Shown piece after piece: positions 1-12,000 of a DNA stretch of 64,000 bases. This stretch comes from Takakia lepidozioides. Its lineage: Eukaryota > Plantae > Bryophyta. Below the pieces are notes generated by a model. That model saw only the letters and a program-made list of their open reading frames with translations, was not told the origin of the DNA and searched no databases. The stretch is taken from assembly GCA_030704615.1 (NCBI GenBank), contig CM060733.1, forward strand, positions 11,532,001-11,596,000, read 5' to 3'. The position numbers and the translations under genes were made by a program. Every line of letters starts with the position of its first letter. Position 1 is the first letter of the stretch.

Positions 1-779
1 GAGTCCTATGCCACCCCCACTAAGTCCCGCTAAGCTACCACCACCCCTTGTGGAGCCACCCCCACCGCAACCCGGTGTGCGGGGCTCCACCTAGTGATCG
101 CCTCCGCCTCCTTGAGTGCCTTGGGCACTCAAGGGTGCTTCAGCCCCCCATACCTATCGCTGCCGCTGCCCCCACCACAGGGGCAGCCCCTCATGTGTCC
201 CGACCCCCTGCCCTCAAGGCAAAGGGCCGCGACACTTTGCCTCTAATGTATACCTGTTCTGAAGACATTGTCCATGGCTGAGTCTGGTTCAATTGCATTT
301 TAAGCAAGGAGAGCTTTGCCCACTCGCGGAGCCTCTCAACCATCTGCACACTCATTATCAATACAGGCAGTCAGCCATCAGATGGACTAGTATGATTCAA
401 ATAAACTGTGACGATCAAGAGGAGACAACCGGAATCACAAACTCATGAATTCATTGATTTCGAAGTCTAACAAGTAAATGGGTAGGTTGCAATCAGCAAC
501 CCCTCTTTTATGTTTTCTTTCATATACATGAACACCACTCTTACTCTTTAGTCTAATACCACGGTAGAAGTTTCATTAGTGCGTTTCGTTCCACCTGAAT
601 ATCACACGTGTTTGACAACAGCCAGACAGAATCTATTGCACCGGGGTACTGATGGTTTTTAGAGAATTAAGTCAGTTCCATAGAGAGATTCCCACCCGGC
701 TGGGATAGATTAATCCAGAAACCCATGGTTGCAAGCAAAGCATTACACATCGTCGTGGGATATTTTTCCTCTCTTGAGG

Positions 780-1702
780 TGAGAACAGAGATGCACCCAC
801 ATTTTGCATACATGTCAACCTTGGTATTGTTCAGAATGACATTTGGTACAACTCCAGCTCTGAAGATGTCGCCATGGGCATCTTTCCCCTTTTTCATCTA
901 GCTGCCAGGGTAGTGTTCAAAATGACATTTGGTACAATTCCAACTTTGATGATATCCAGGGCTCGATGCACCCACATTTTGCATACATGTCCACCAAGGT
1001 ATTGTTCATAATGACATTTGGTACAATTCCAGCTCTGAAGATGTTGCCATGGACCTCTTTCCCCTTTTCCAGAGCTGCCAGGCAGTGTTCAGAATGACAT
1101 TTGGTACAATTCCAACTTTGATGATACCCCCATGCACCTCTTTGCCCTTGTCCACGGCTCGATGCACCCATATTTTACATACATGTCCACCAAGGTATTG
1201 TCCAGAATGACATTTGGTACAATTCCAGCTCTGAAGATGTCGCCATGGACCTCTTTCCCTTTTACTAGAGCTGCCAGGGCAGTGTTCAAAATGACAATTG
1301 GTACAATTCCAGCTTTGATGATATCCCCATGCACCTCTTTGCCCTTGTCCAGGGCTCGATGCACCCACATTTTGCATACTGTCCACCAAGGTATTGTTCA
1401 TAATGACATTTGGTACAATTCCAGCTCTGAAGATGTCACCATAGACCTCTTTCCCCCTTTCCAGAGCTGCCAAGGCAGTGTTCAGAATGACATTTGGTAC
1501 AATTCCAACTTTGATGATATCCCCATGCACCTCTTTGCCCTTGTCCAGGTCTCGATGCACCCACATTTTGCATACATGTCCACCAGGGTATTGTCCAGAA
1601 TGACATTTGGTACAATTCCAGCTCTGAAGATGTCGCCATGGACCTCTTTCCCTTTTACTAGAGCTGCCAGGGCAGTGTTCAGAATGACAATTGGTACAAT
1701 TT
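780..1702 (-). pseudogene. Degenerate PLS-class PPR fragment amplified as a ~197-bp tandem repeat (partial L and S motifs, P motif deleted)
   Basis: Overlapping minus ORFs repeat ALEKGKEVHGDIFRAGIVPNVILNNTLVDMYAKCG. The marker (g/t)ctcgatgcaccca recurs at ~961, 1157, 1354 and 1550, and the frame changes in every unit. Confidence 0.9.
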
Positions 1703-1733
1703 CTTCACATGGTACATTAAGAAAAAGCCACAC

Positions 1734-2250
1734 CTTGTGATTGCGGTTGTCCCACCATCGCGAAGGATTTTAAAAACTCATGCCAGCTCTGCTCCGTGCT
1801 GCAAATACAGGGCCGAGTCTAATGAGAGGGCAAAACAAGGCTGAAATAGGTCGAAGGAGAAGGTGCCCTCACCACATTGTCCTCAACCTTGTATCATGAC
1901 CCATGGAGGATTCGACTGACCATGAACCCAAGCGGACCTCTTGTGTGTGTTGCTTGCGTCTGTAGTCAGGTAATATCGGATTGGTCTGTGAGAACCACCA
2001 CGGTGCAGCTGAGCGGGCGTCGATTGAAACATGGACTGCTAAGACCAAGCTGATTCTCCCAAGAACCTTGTAAACATCAGGAAGAATACCACATCATGGT
2101 ACTAACAGCCTACAGGAGCCAAGAGCCCACATTTGCAGGATGGACAAACTTCTTCACATCGTACATTAAAAAAAAAAGCCACAACTTGCGATCACGGTTG
2201 TCCCACCATCGTGAAGGATCTGTAAAAAAACTCATGCCAGCTCTGTTCCG
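1734..2250 (-). pseudogene. OSB-type PDF motif exon remnants (one full motif split by an intron plus the first half of a second) upstream of the PPR repeats
   Basis: Minus strand, each piece with a small frameshift: 2250-2185 EQSWHEFF/TDPSRWWDNRDRK; after a CAG acceptor, 1985-1899 TNPILPDYRRKQHTQEV/WVHGQSNPPWV; 1800-1734 TEQSWHEF/PSRWWDNRNHK followed by a GT donor. These match the OSB consensus W..FF.NP..WWDNR..K.NP..PDFKHK.T..ALW...PPWV. Confidence 0.75.
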
Positions 2251-2394
2251 CCGAGCAATTTGGGGCCGAGTCCGATGAGAGGGCAAAACAGGCTGAAACA
2301 GGTCGAAAAAGAATTAGGCTCGCACATGCATTGCATCTACAAACGAACTTGACCAAGTCTGTCTTTACTCATAGGTCTCCAATGCCTCCATCCC

Positions 2395-2790
2395 GCATCC
2401 ATGCTGGGGCATATCCCGCGATTATCGCACTCCAGGACACGACTTTCGTTCAGCCATATTCTCAAACACTCCTTTTGTATCCTCAATACTGCCACATAGA
2501 TGTCTCTGTTACCTGTTTCTGGATACCCTAAATTTGACAATGTCACCATGGACCTTTTATATATCCTTTTCCAGGGCTGCCAGGCTCGCACACGCATTGC
2601 AAACACAAACGACCGTGATCCGGCTGGCTTCACCCCTTCCCGCATTATTTGCTCATACGTCTCCGAAGCCTCTATACCAAGCCCACGCTGTGCATATCCT
2701 CGCCGTTCCTGCAACATTTGCTCAAGAATAGCTCTGCAAAGCCTCCATCCCACGCCCTTGAATATCCTGCGATCATCGCGCTCCATGCTC
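2395..2790 (-). pseudogene. Degenerate PPR (P-L-S) fragment
   Basis: ORF 2337-2786 contains GYAQRGLGIEASETYEQIMREGVKP, homologous to the P motifs of the 30.6-34 kb gene; frameshifted. Confidence 0.85.
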
Positions 2791-4119
2791 TCGGCTCTAT
2801 ACTAAGAAAATGCGCAGGAGACCAAAAAAAATGAGAAATCCTACAAATAACTTTTTGAATTTTGTAACCTTTTGGCTACCAAGCTTGCACTAGAAGTCAT
2901 TCCGGCGACTGTTGGTGGTAAGCTTGCGCTGGTCAATCATCGTTGACCGCCCTTCCGTCTCGTGCGGAGCCATGCAGTCATGATGACGTCTACCAACGTA
3001 GTCGCTCAGAGGATTACGTAGTCACACAGTCATTTCAACGACTACGTGAAGCCCCATTTGGTCCAAACATACATGGAAGTCATGGTCAAAGTCAGGAAAA
3101 CCATGACCACCGTGGCCTGGCAGTCAGATATACCGCGTTATGTTGTAGTGACCCCACAACTACATCCAACGTGGTATGTGCCCAATACCACTGGGCTACA
3201 TGCAGGTTGTCGATGTTGGAATGAAAGAGCGAGGTTGCTGGTTTGGCATCTTGGTCCCACCCTAGTAAGTTGGGGTCGTTGTTTAGACCGATCACCTTTT
3301 TAATCAACAATAGGGGTGTGTTGAGTATATGGGGTGGTTTGTGTTTGGTGGTATAACGTGCAAGAATATTAAGCTGTATAGGGTTGTTAGTGTAGATGGT
3401 ACATCTATTTGCATGGAGGCTATAATAGTCCTTAACCTTGATGATCAAAATGTGTGGACTTAAGCGTGTGACCTGCAACAAGCTGAGTCGTTTAAGAGAG
3501 TCATGCATATGGTTTTTGAGAACCTTGCAACTATGGCCAACACCGAGACATATTGGGATATGCCACTAATCGTGGATGAGAGTATTGACTGGGGATCTGG
3601 AGATTCAACCCTGGGGACTATGTGTATCTGCAGCAGACAACACCTACAACCAGTGTGTGTGACAAATGCTCAAAGGGGTGGCACACGTCCAAATCAAATT
3701 TTGTGGCCAAAAACTAAATACGTACTCGCCTCACAACTCTTTGGTACTTCCCCACTTTTTCTCGCATTACAATAAGGACCCAACATTGCCAAACAACCAA
3801 GACATGAAGTAGCCATCGCGTAGAAAGAAAAGAGAGAAAGAAAACCATAATACATTTTCTAGAAGACCATGCGGATGGGATGGTCGGAAAGATAGATGGA
3901 AAAATGGGTGATGGATGGAAATGGTGAGAGATGGAAAATGAGATGGTTGGCTGTCATGTCATGGCAGCCATGGTAGAGCATACTAGACATGTGACATATG
4001 CAAAACATGCCCTAAACCAAACCGGGACACTTATTATTAGGCATTGGGGTGAACAAGGACCCCGCCACGATGTGAGTGCATTGAACTCCATGGACCTTTG
4101 TAGAGGTAGGCGTCCCCTT

Positions 4120-4397
4120 CAGTGATTTTTTTCTTAAATTTGAAAAATAGCACGAGTGGCTACAAGAAATAGCTATATATTCTGTTCATCCATTGAAATT
4201 TTGGATAGAGTCATCCTCCTATTTTCTTCCATCCATTTATATCATCCACATTTGGCGAATTCATCCATTGTTTTTTTTTTCCTTGTAGAAGTTTGGCGAT
4301 TTCATCCATGAAAAAATTGGGAATTTACGACAGAATATTCTATTTTAATGTTTTGAGGTCGCCATTTGGCGATTTTTCGCCAAGAAAAAAAACACTG
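4120..4397. mobile_element. Non-autonomous hAT-type DNA transposon (MITE)
   Basis: TIRs cagtgatttttttctt ... aagaaaaaaaacactg; 8-bp TSD gtcccctt (4112-4119) / gtccccat (4398-4405), 7/8 match; internal catcca and tggcga subterminal repeats. Confidence 0.8.
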
Positions 4398-4405
4398 GTC
4401 CCCAT

Positions 4406-4482
4406 ATGAATTGGATTAGTCCCAAGGGTCCCCTTGGGACTAATATAGTCCCCTTAGCCCCAATAGTCCTAATCCAAGTCAT
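4406..4482. repeat. Foldback/palindromic element
   Basis: Perfect 14-bp stem attagtcccaaggg-tc-cccttgggactaat (4415-4444) plus outer arms atgaattggattag / ctaatccaagtcat (13/14). Confidence 0.75.
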
Positions 4483-5106
4483 ACATAAGCGCATGCGGCA
4501 TGGATGGTGCATGATGGATGATGGGGCGACATTCAACGAGTATGTACTATGCTCTCTGCTGCCTTGCGTTTCTTTGTCTACAAGTAGCCAAAGTGTTAAT
4601 TGAGCAACTGGCATCTTGCTTCTCGCTTTTGTCTTCGAGACCCTACTTGTCTTTGCTGCGTTTCTCTGGATGCCTGCCTTGATAATTGTAAGCACCTATT
4701 GCCCTTTCCGCTCCTTGTTTCTTCACACCACTTCGTATGTTTCCTGTCCTCTATGGTCTCCTGCTTGAACAGAAAATTTTCTTTGCTAATGCCTTTGTAA
4801 CTGGAATGCTTGACCTTGTGAGTCAAGAGGCATCGAGATAATCACAGTGGTGACTGGATCCAAATTAAGGTATGGGCTGCCAGTATCTACTTCTTCTGCT
4901 TCTGCTGCTCATGCTTCATGCTGCATACGAGATTTCCCGGGGCGACATAGGGGATGGAGGGTAAGGTATGCTAGGGGATGCAGATGGAGACCTAATGTAG
5001 AGGCCTTCATGGTTGAGGGCGGAGAGAATATTTGCTAGGGTTTTACTTGGTCAAATTACTTCACTCAGTGGCCCATGCCTGCTTTAGTTGCACAAATGAA
5101 CCTTTG

Positions 5107-5110
<4 letters not shown>

Positions 5111-5174
<64 letters not shown>
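5111..5174. repeat. (AG)n microsatellite upstream of the SUGP1-like gene
   Basis: About 28 perfect AG units followed by one interruption. Confidence 0.97.
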
Positions 5175-6014
5175 TTTGCAGACGGGGACAAAGCGGGGAA
5201 CAGAAATAGGGAAGGGTTGGGTTTGTCTTAGAAGGACGCTGACCGAAACTATGAGCAGGGGATGATATTGGCGCCATCCAGTGCAAAATCTACAATTGTG
5301 TATGTGCGCTGCGTCGACGCCCTCTATATACTTTCTTCTGGGACAGCGCTCTTGTTGGCAGGAAAGAAGGAAGAAAAGTGAAGGAAATCGACCCAGTTCC
5401 CCTCCTTTAGCTTTAGAGCTTCCTTGCTTTCTCCTCCCCTCTCTCTACTGTGCTAGCCAGCTTCTTCTATATGACTCCCCCTGAGGACCGCGGAAATCGC
5501 AACAGTCTTTTTTTCTCCTTGTATTTTATCTGCAGCTGCTGGTCGTTAAGAGAAGCTGGTTTTGAGATTGCCCTCCGTCAAACTATTCAGAAGTTTGTCG
5601 TCTGCTGAGTGTAAAGGGGCGTGACTATGAAAATAACTTTTGAAGGGGTTTCACTTGTAAGTTAAGGTAGTTTACGCGGCTTTGAAAGCCTCTGAAGGAT
5701 CAGCGGAGTAGTTTTACCAAGTTGTGGTTCAAGCAGCAGTTGACTGGTTCTTACCAGGACAGAGGGAAGCATCTTTATAGGGTGTGCTTTGGAAGATATT
5801 CTGTCTGGTTTCACATCATCATGGATAGAATTTTCACCCATATGCTTCCCTTCAAACCTCTTGAGCTTCCTAATCATTGATGATGAAGTTGAAGGTGTAT
5901 GATACAGAGATATAGTGAGAGAGAAGATCCAGAGAGAGATAGAGAGCGACTTAAAGAGAGTAACAGGTAGAGATACTGGAGAGAGGGTGGGGTAGTGAGA
6001 GAACCGAGAAGAGA

Positions 6015-9000
6015 ATGGGCAGCCCTTTTCCTAATGATGGCTCATTTTTGGAGAGGTTCAAACTCCTTCAACAAGGCCAAGTGTCCCCTGAGTCTGTGAA
6101 AACCAACGACCCTGTTCTAAAAGGGAGTATAGCATCAAACTCTCCTTCCAGCTTTCAGAGTACCCCAGCTGCTTCCCAAGGTGCCACAGGAAAGGGTGCT
6201 GCTCTTGCAAATGGGAAATTGGCATTCAGTCTGAAGCAGAAATCCAGGCTCTCTGTGAATGCACTAAAGCTTGGTTCTGACGAGGAGGAGGTAGAGGAGA
6301 TGGGCAGTCAAGATGCTGATAGGCAAGGGAAAAGGCTAAAGACAGAGAAGGCACCCAGTTCCGTGTTGGCTGACTTCAAGGACTCAGGTACTGGTTTTAC
6401 CTCTTGTCAAAATTTATTTTCACTATTGGATGTGTGTTGATGCTCTGAATGTTTGAAGCAGGTCTAGTAGGGCTGTTGGTATTCAGGGAGGGTTGTTAAA
6501 GTTGGACGAGTGAAGCACTTCAAGCTCCTTGAGTTGTTTGAATGGTTTCCCTATGTCCTGGTCATAGTCTTGGCAGCTCCCATTTTTGCTGTTGCAGAAA
6601 AGGTATGTATGAGTCAGAACAGAGGGTATGCATGTGTTGCTCTGGAAACTATGACGTGTTGGTGATTTTATTTACCCTACCTTTTTGGGGAATGTTCTCT
6701 TAATCAAGTCTGTTATGCTAGTGTGTTTCCAAGGATCTTTCTCAAGGAATTGTCAAAGAGGTTTGTAATCTATGGTTTAATGGCCTCTATTGATGGATAC
6801 TTTGCAGTTCCTCCTCCACCCAGTGATTTAGAAGTGAGAAAGGTGGCTGACAAGCTGGCCAGTTTTGTGGCCAAGAATGGTCGCCAATTTGAAAATATCA
6901 CCCGACAAAAAAATCCTGGCGATACTCCTTTTCGGTAGACTTCGCTCTTTTATTGGCCTCTGTGTGAGTGGATATTGTCGCCATGATTTGCCGTTATGCG
7001 TTGAACAAGACTCTCTACCTTGCGTTTGAGTCTGTACAGTCTTAAAACATATCTATCTTTGTCAGGGAGTTCATTTCAGTTTCAAGAGGCTGTGGAGTTT
7101 GGTCGTCCCTTAGCTTAAGCATTGATTTCTGTTCCACCATGTCATGGTGGGTAGTCTGGCCTTAGCAGTCAAATTGAATATCCTCGCTTTTGCTGGTACT
7201 CTGAATGCCAATAAGCAAGAGAAATAGACCGTGATAACTAAACAAATGTGGGTGCAGATTTCTGTTTGATCTTGAGGGTGCAGACTATAAATACTATGAG
7301 TATTGCATTGCGGAGGAAGAGCTAGCCCTTGCATCGAAGTCGCATGACCTCCAACCTTTCCCCACAGGTCTGTCCTATTGATCCTGAGTAGGTGAAAAAA
7401 AACTACTGGTGTCTGAAGAATGAGAGTAGAGACTGCAACCTGTAGAGTCGCCTTTGTGGTCCAGTGTGTGCTTTCCTTTGTTTCATATTGCTCATCAGTA
7501 CCTTGTATGTTTGACATCCGTGTCTCAATTGTGGCTGTCTCTGGTTCTCTTTGTCCGTGATTTCCTGTGTGATAACTGTGAAATTATCAGCAAGGAATTT
7601 TAGTCTACATGCGTACAGAGGGAGCCCTTAGTGTGGATGCTGATAAGCTCAATTGTGCTGATTCGTCGCCAAAGGCCACGTTGTCTTATTAGTAGACTTT
7701 AATGCCCGGGTGGAAAGGGTCTACAATAGGATGACATCATTGGGGCTTTTTGGCGAGGATGAGCATAATTCCAACGGCAAGCGGCTTATCAATTGCCTAG
7801 AAAATCTTCAGCCTTTGACCTTGAGCAATAGTGCAAATGAAGACCCCTTGCAGTAGACTCGGAAAAACCGCAAACTAGGGAACAGTCCATTGTGGTTTAT
7901 ATCATAGTGGATAAGGAGTTGTTTCCTGAGTTTGCGAAAGTGCTGGTCAACAATATTGGTACTTCTGACCACTTTCTTGTCTGGACTGTGATAAAAAGGT
8001 GTATTCTTAATTCTAAGAGATCTGTGAAATGTCCAATTCGAAAGTGGCGCATAGGAAAACTCTGGGGGGAAGAGGTCAAGATATAATACTTCCAGGCCTT
8101 GAAAGAGGCTCTCCCACCTTTTATCCAATTGTTTCCAGATCTCGCCTCTTACTTGGGGGTGATGGTTCTGATGGCATTGTCAACGAGCTAATTAAGCATG
8201 GTGGCAATCATATGGTAGAGGGCCCATGACCTCCTCTTTAACCTTATTTGGAAGACTGAAAGAATACCCAGCTGTGGCATTACACTTCTTTTGCAGCTTG
8301 CAAACTGTTTTGTAGGATAATAAGCAGCTGTCTCAAGGCTGATTTGGAGTCTAGAAATGTTTTCCATGAAGGTCAGGCTTCCGGAGAAATAGGGGCTGCA
8401 TGAACCATATCTTTACCTGAAGCCAGACTACTCAGGTAAATAAAAAGAAGGAAAACCCACCTTTTTCCTGGATGTAAAAAAGGCTTATGACACAGTATGG
8501 CGTGACCTTTGTCTGTGGTCTTCTGGGGTCAGGGGAAAGATGTGGAGGATGGTTCACAATATGTATGCAAACACCAAAGCTGTGTTATGCTCAATGACCA
8601 GAAGTTCTTTGACATTGACCAAGGTGTAGCTCAAGGCTGTACCCTGGTCTTCAATGTTTTCATTAATCAGCTCTGAAGATGTGGAAAGCCAGGGATTTGG
8701 GTTAAAGGTGGGTGATGCCACCATACCAGCTTCTTATGTTTGCGGATGTGGGGCTAAGGTATACCCCATCCAATCTTCAGGAGTTGATTGATTGTGCAGA
8801 GAGGTACTTTGACCTGTGGAGGCTAGAAGCCAATGTTAGTAGATGTGTGGTGGTGGCCTTCAGGATCTGAATTGTGCCTCTTTCCTACATATCTCTTGGT
8901 GTTGAGTTTCCCTCTATTAACTGGGATGCACGCCTACAAAAAGTGGTTTAAACAGCTAAACGGAAAGCTTTAGTTAGGTGTCATTCAGTTTCAAGTTAAA

Positions 9001-12000
9001 AGGGGACCATGCTTTGCAATTTTATTAGGCCTACCTTGGAGTAGCTGCTGTGTGGGTTGGCAACTCCAACCATGCTAGAACTTTAGAATCCTTTCAACTT
9101 TTGGTGCTCAAAGAGAGCATGTCAAAGTGCTCTAGAACAGCTAAGGTGGCTGTTTGGGGTGAGCTAAGTACAACCCTTGAGCCCTCAACATGATGAGTTC
9201 AAGGCTACATGGTGGGTCAGTTGAATCGCATGCCTGATACCAGATACCCTAAGATGATCAACTCTATTTCTTGGAAGGAAGACTGTCCTGTTAAACAGCT
9301 ACATCCTGGCGGAAAAGGTGAGAGGACATTTTCAAATACCTTGATCCTGCTAGATGAAGCTGACTTGGAGGTTGAAGTGTCAAAGGCCATGTCGGAAGTA
9401 CAAAGAATGTCCGAACAAAACGAAGCTAGGCATAAAACTTGTTTCCAGTTTGTGACATGGGTGAGGACCTGAAGGATGATCTAAAGGGCCGACCTACCCT
9501 CGGCACTAGACTGTAATTTAAACTCAGGGTGGGGAGTCTTCCTTGAACAATAACGGATGCAGAGAGGAAAGAGAGATTGTCAATGCCTGATGTGCCTGCA
9601 GTCTGAAGACAATATCCATTTTCTGAGACAAGGTCCACGGTATTCTGATCAGAGAGCGACCCTCTTCAGGACCATGAAGAACATAGTCCCTGCGCCTCTG
9701 TTCACCAACTTAAAAAATCTCAGGCTGAGCCTAAAGCCTGGCCCCATTGGAGTCTAATTGCTGGGCAGCTTACACACAGCAGATTCATGCTTCTGTGAAT
9801 GGACTTCTAGAGGAAATCTGGAAAGCCAGAACCAATTGCTTATACCAAGGTAAGTCCCACTACTGGAGTGAGCCCCTTATAAAGGTGTTGCCTGTTCCCT
9901 CTTGTTCTTCCCAAACTGGGCACGGGGTCTATGCCCACAAAGCTGTAACAAATGTTCATGGGGACATTCTCTCAACATGGCAGATTGATGCTTATGTGAA
10001 GGGCTTTCTCGAGGACATCTGGAAAGCCTGAACAAATTGTTTATAATATCAAGGTAAGTCCCACTGCTGGAGTGTCTGTTCCCTTTCTTCCACCCAAACT
10101 GGGTGCCGGGTCTACGGCCACATGGCTCTGGCAAACAACGTCACACTCTCTGTCTCTCTGTCTAAGGAATTTTGCCTCATTGTGGCAGTGTGCTTTTGTC
10201 TCTTGTATCTCATCCATATATCTGGCAGCCCTCCCTAACCCTGTCTATAATGACATGTTGTCAACTCAGTTAGTGAGGGCAGCATTGCATCACGCCAGCA
10301 AAGCAGCCAACCGAAGAGAGGGGCACAGCATCAGACTAGGTACCACACACCAACGTCTGCTCTTTATTCCAATGGGGCGGACGGTCGAAGGAGGCCCTCA
10401 CGTCACTCAAGCTCTTCTCAGGATTACTCTCGAGGTACGAGTGGTATTTGCCTTCATCTGGTCTCTTTATCAGTCTCTGTTTACCTCAATAACTCTGAGG
10501 GGTCAACTCTGAGGTTAAGAAAACCATGCTTTGTCGCGTTATTAGACCTGCCTTGGAGTACGGATCTGCTATATGGGTTGATAACTCCAACCAGGCTAAG
10601 TCTCTAGAATCCATTCAAGTGGGGGTGCTTAAGGAGTGTATGTCAGCATGCTCCAAAACAGCCAATGTGGCTGTTGGGGTGAGTTTGGCATTCCGTCCCT
10701 AAGCTCCCGACGAGATGAATTCAAGGTCAGATGGTGGGGTCAGCTGCAACATATGCCCAACACCAGATATCCTAAGTTAATCGACTCTATATCTTGGAAA
10801 CAGGACCGCCCTGTCAAACAGGCTAAGTCCTGGCAGAAGAGAGTAGAAGAGATTCTCAAGGACCTGGACCTGGATCCGCAAGTCTTGACCCTGCTGGATA
10901 AATCTGACTTAGAGGCTGTAGTGTCCTCAGCCATGTCTGTTGCCATGAGATTGTCTAATGAAAATGAAGTTAGGCAGAAAACTTCCCTGAACTTGTTTCC
11001 AGTCTGTGACATGGGGGAGGACATCTTGGATGACCTCAAGGGTCTACCCACTCTCGGCACTAGACTGAAATTTAAACTCAGGGCAGGAAGCCTACCTTTG
11101 AACAGCAAACAGAAGCAGAGAGGAAAGGGAGAGTGCAATTGCCCGTTGTGTGGGCAATCTGAAGACAGTATTCATTTTCTGATACACTGTCCAGGGTTCT
11201 CTCACCAAAGAGACGCTCTCTTCAAATCTATTAAGGGAATTGTGCCTGTACCCCTGTTTACCAACTTTGAAAGTCTCGAGGCTGAGCCAAAAGCCCAGGC
11301 CCTCCTGAGGCCTAGTTTTTGGGCAAATCACACACAGCAGATTGATGCTTGTGTGAAGGGATTTCTAGAGGATATCTGGAAAACCCGGATTAATTCTTTA
11401 TATGGAGGTAAGTCTTACTACCAACGTCAGCCCCTGACAGAGGTAGGTTCTGTCCCTTTTGTTCCCGCTCAAACTGGGCGCGGGGTCAATGGCCACAAGG
11501 CTACGGCAAACAACGTCTTATGAGTACAATGTTTACCTCAATAAGAGAACTGAGTACTGAGAATGCTCTGGTGATGATTGGTGGGTTACTGGAACAGAAA
11601 ACCATCAGTCCTTTGCAAATGACTCGGTAGCGATGATGGAGTTCTACATGAAGAAAGCTGCACAGGAAGATCTATGCAAGCCTTCCAAGCACTCTAAGGA
11701 TGAAATGCCTCCACCCCCTTCCCTTCATACCTCCCCACGTGAGTCCATGACCCTCACCTGTACCAAAAAAGAAAATTCATGGGTCTCGAGGAATATGAGT
11801 GCTATGATTTGTTAATCCTTACAGGGCAATTTGGATCCTTCAACTTGTTGTGGCTGATTCCTGTGGATCGTAGTAGTGTATGCATGAGAAAGCTTTTCAT
11901 GTCATTTTGTTGTGAGTGGCATGGAATAAGTATTGTTGGCTGGTGTGGAGTGAACGACTTTCTTGTTTTCTTGAGAGGGCTAACAAACATATCTGATTCC

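Noticed and set aside
2794-2830. tctatactaa, resembling a Helitron 5' end where PPR homology stops
   Set aside because: No hairpin-CTRR 3' end could be assigned.
3310-3500. aggggtg-TGTTGA, resembling a Copia polypurine tract and LTR start
   Set aside because: No second LTR, PBS or pol remnant found.
5032-5286. ORFs with RERERE / LSLSLS runs
   Set aside because: Translations of the AG microsatellite.
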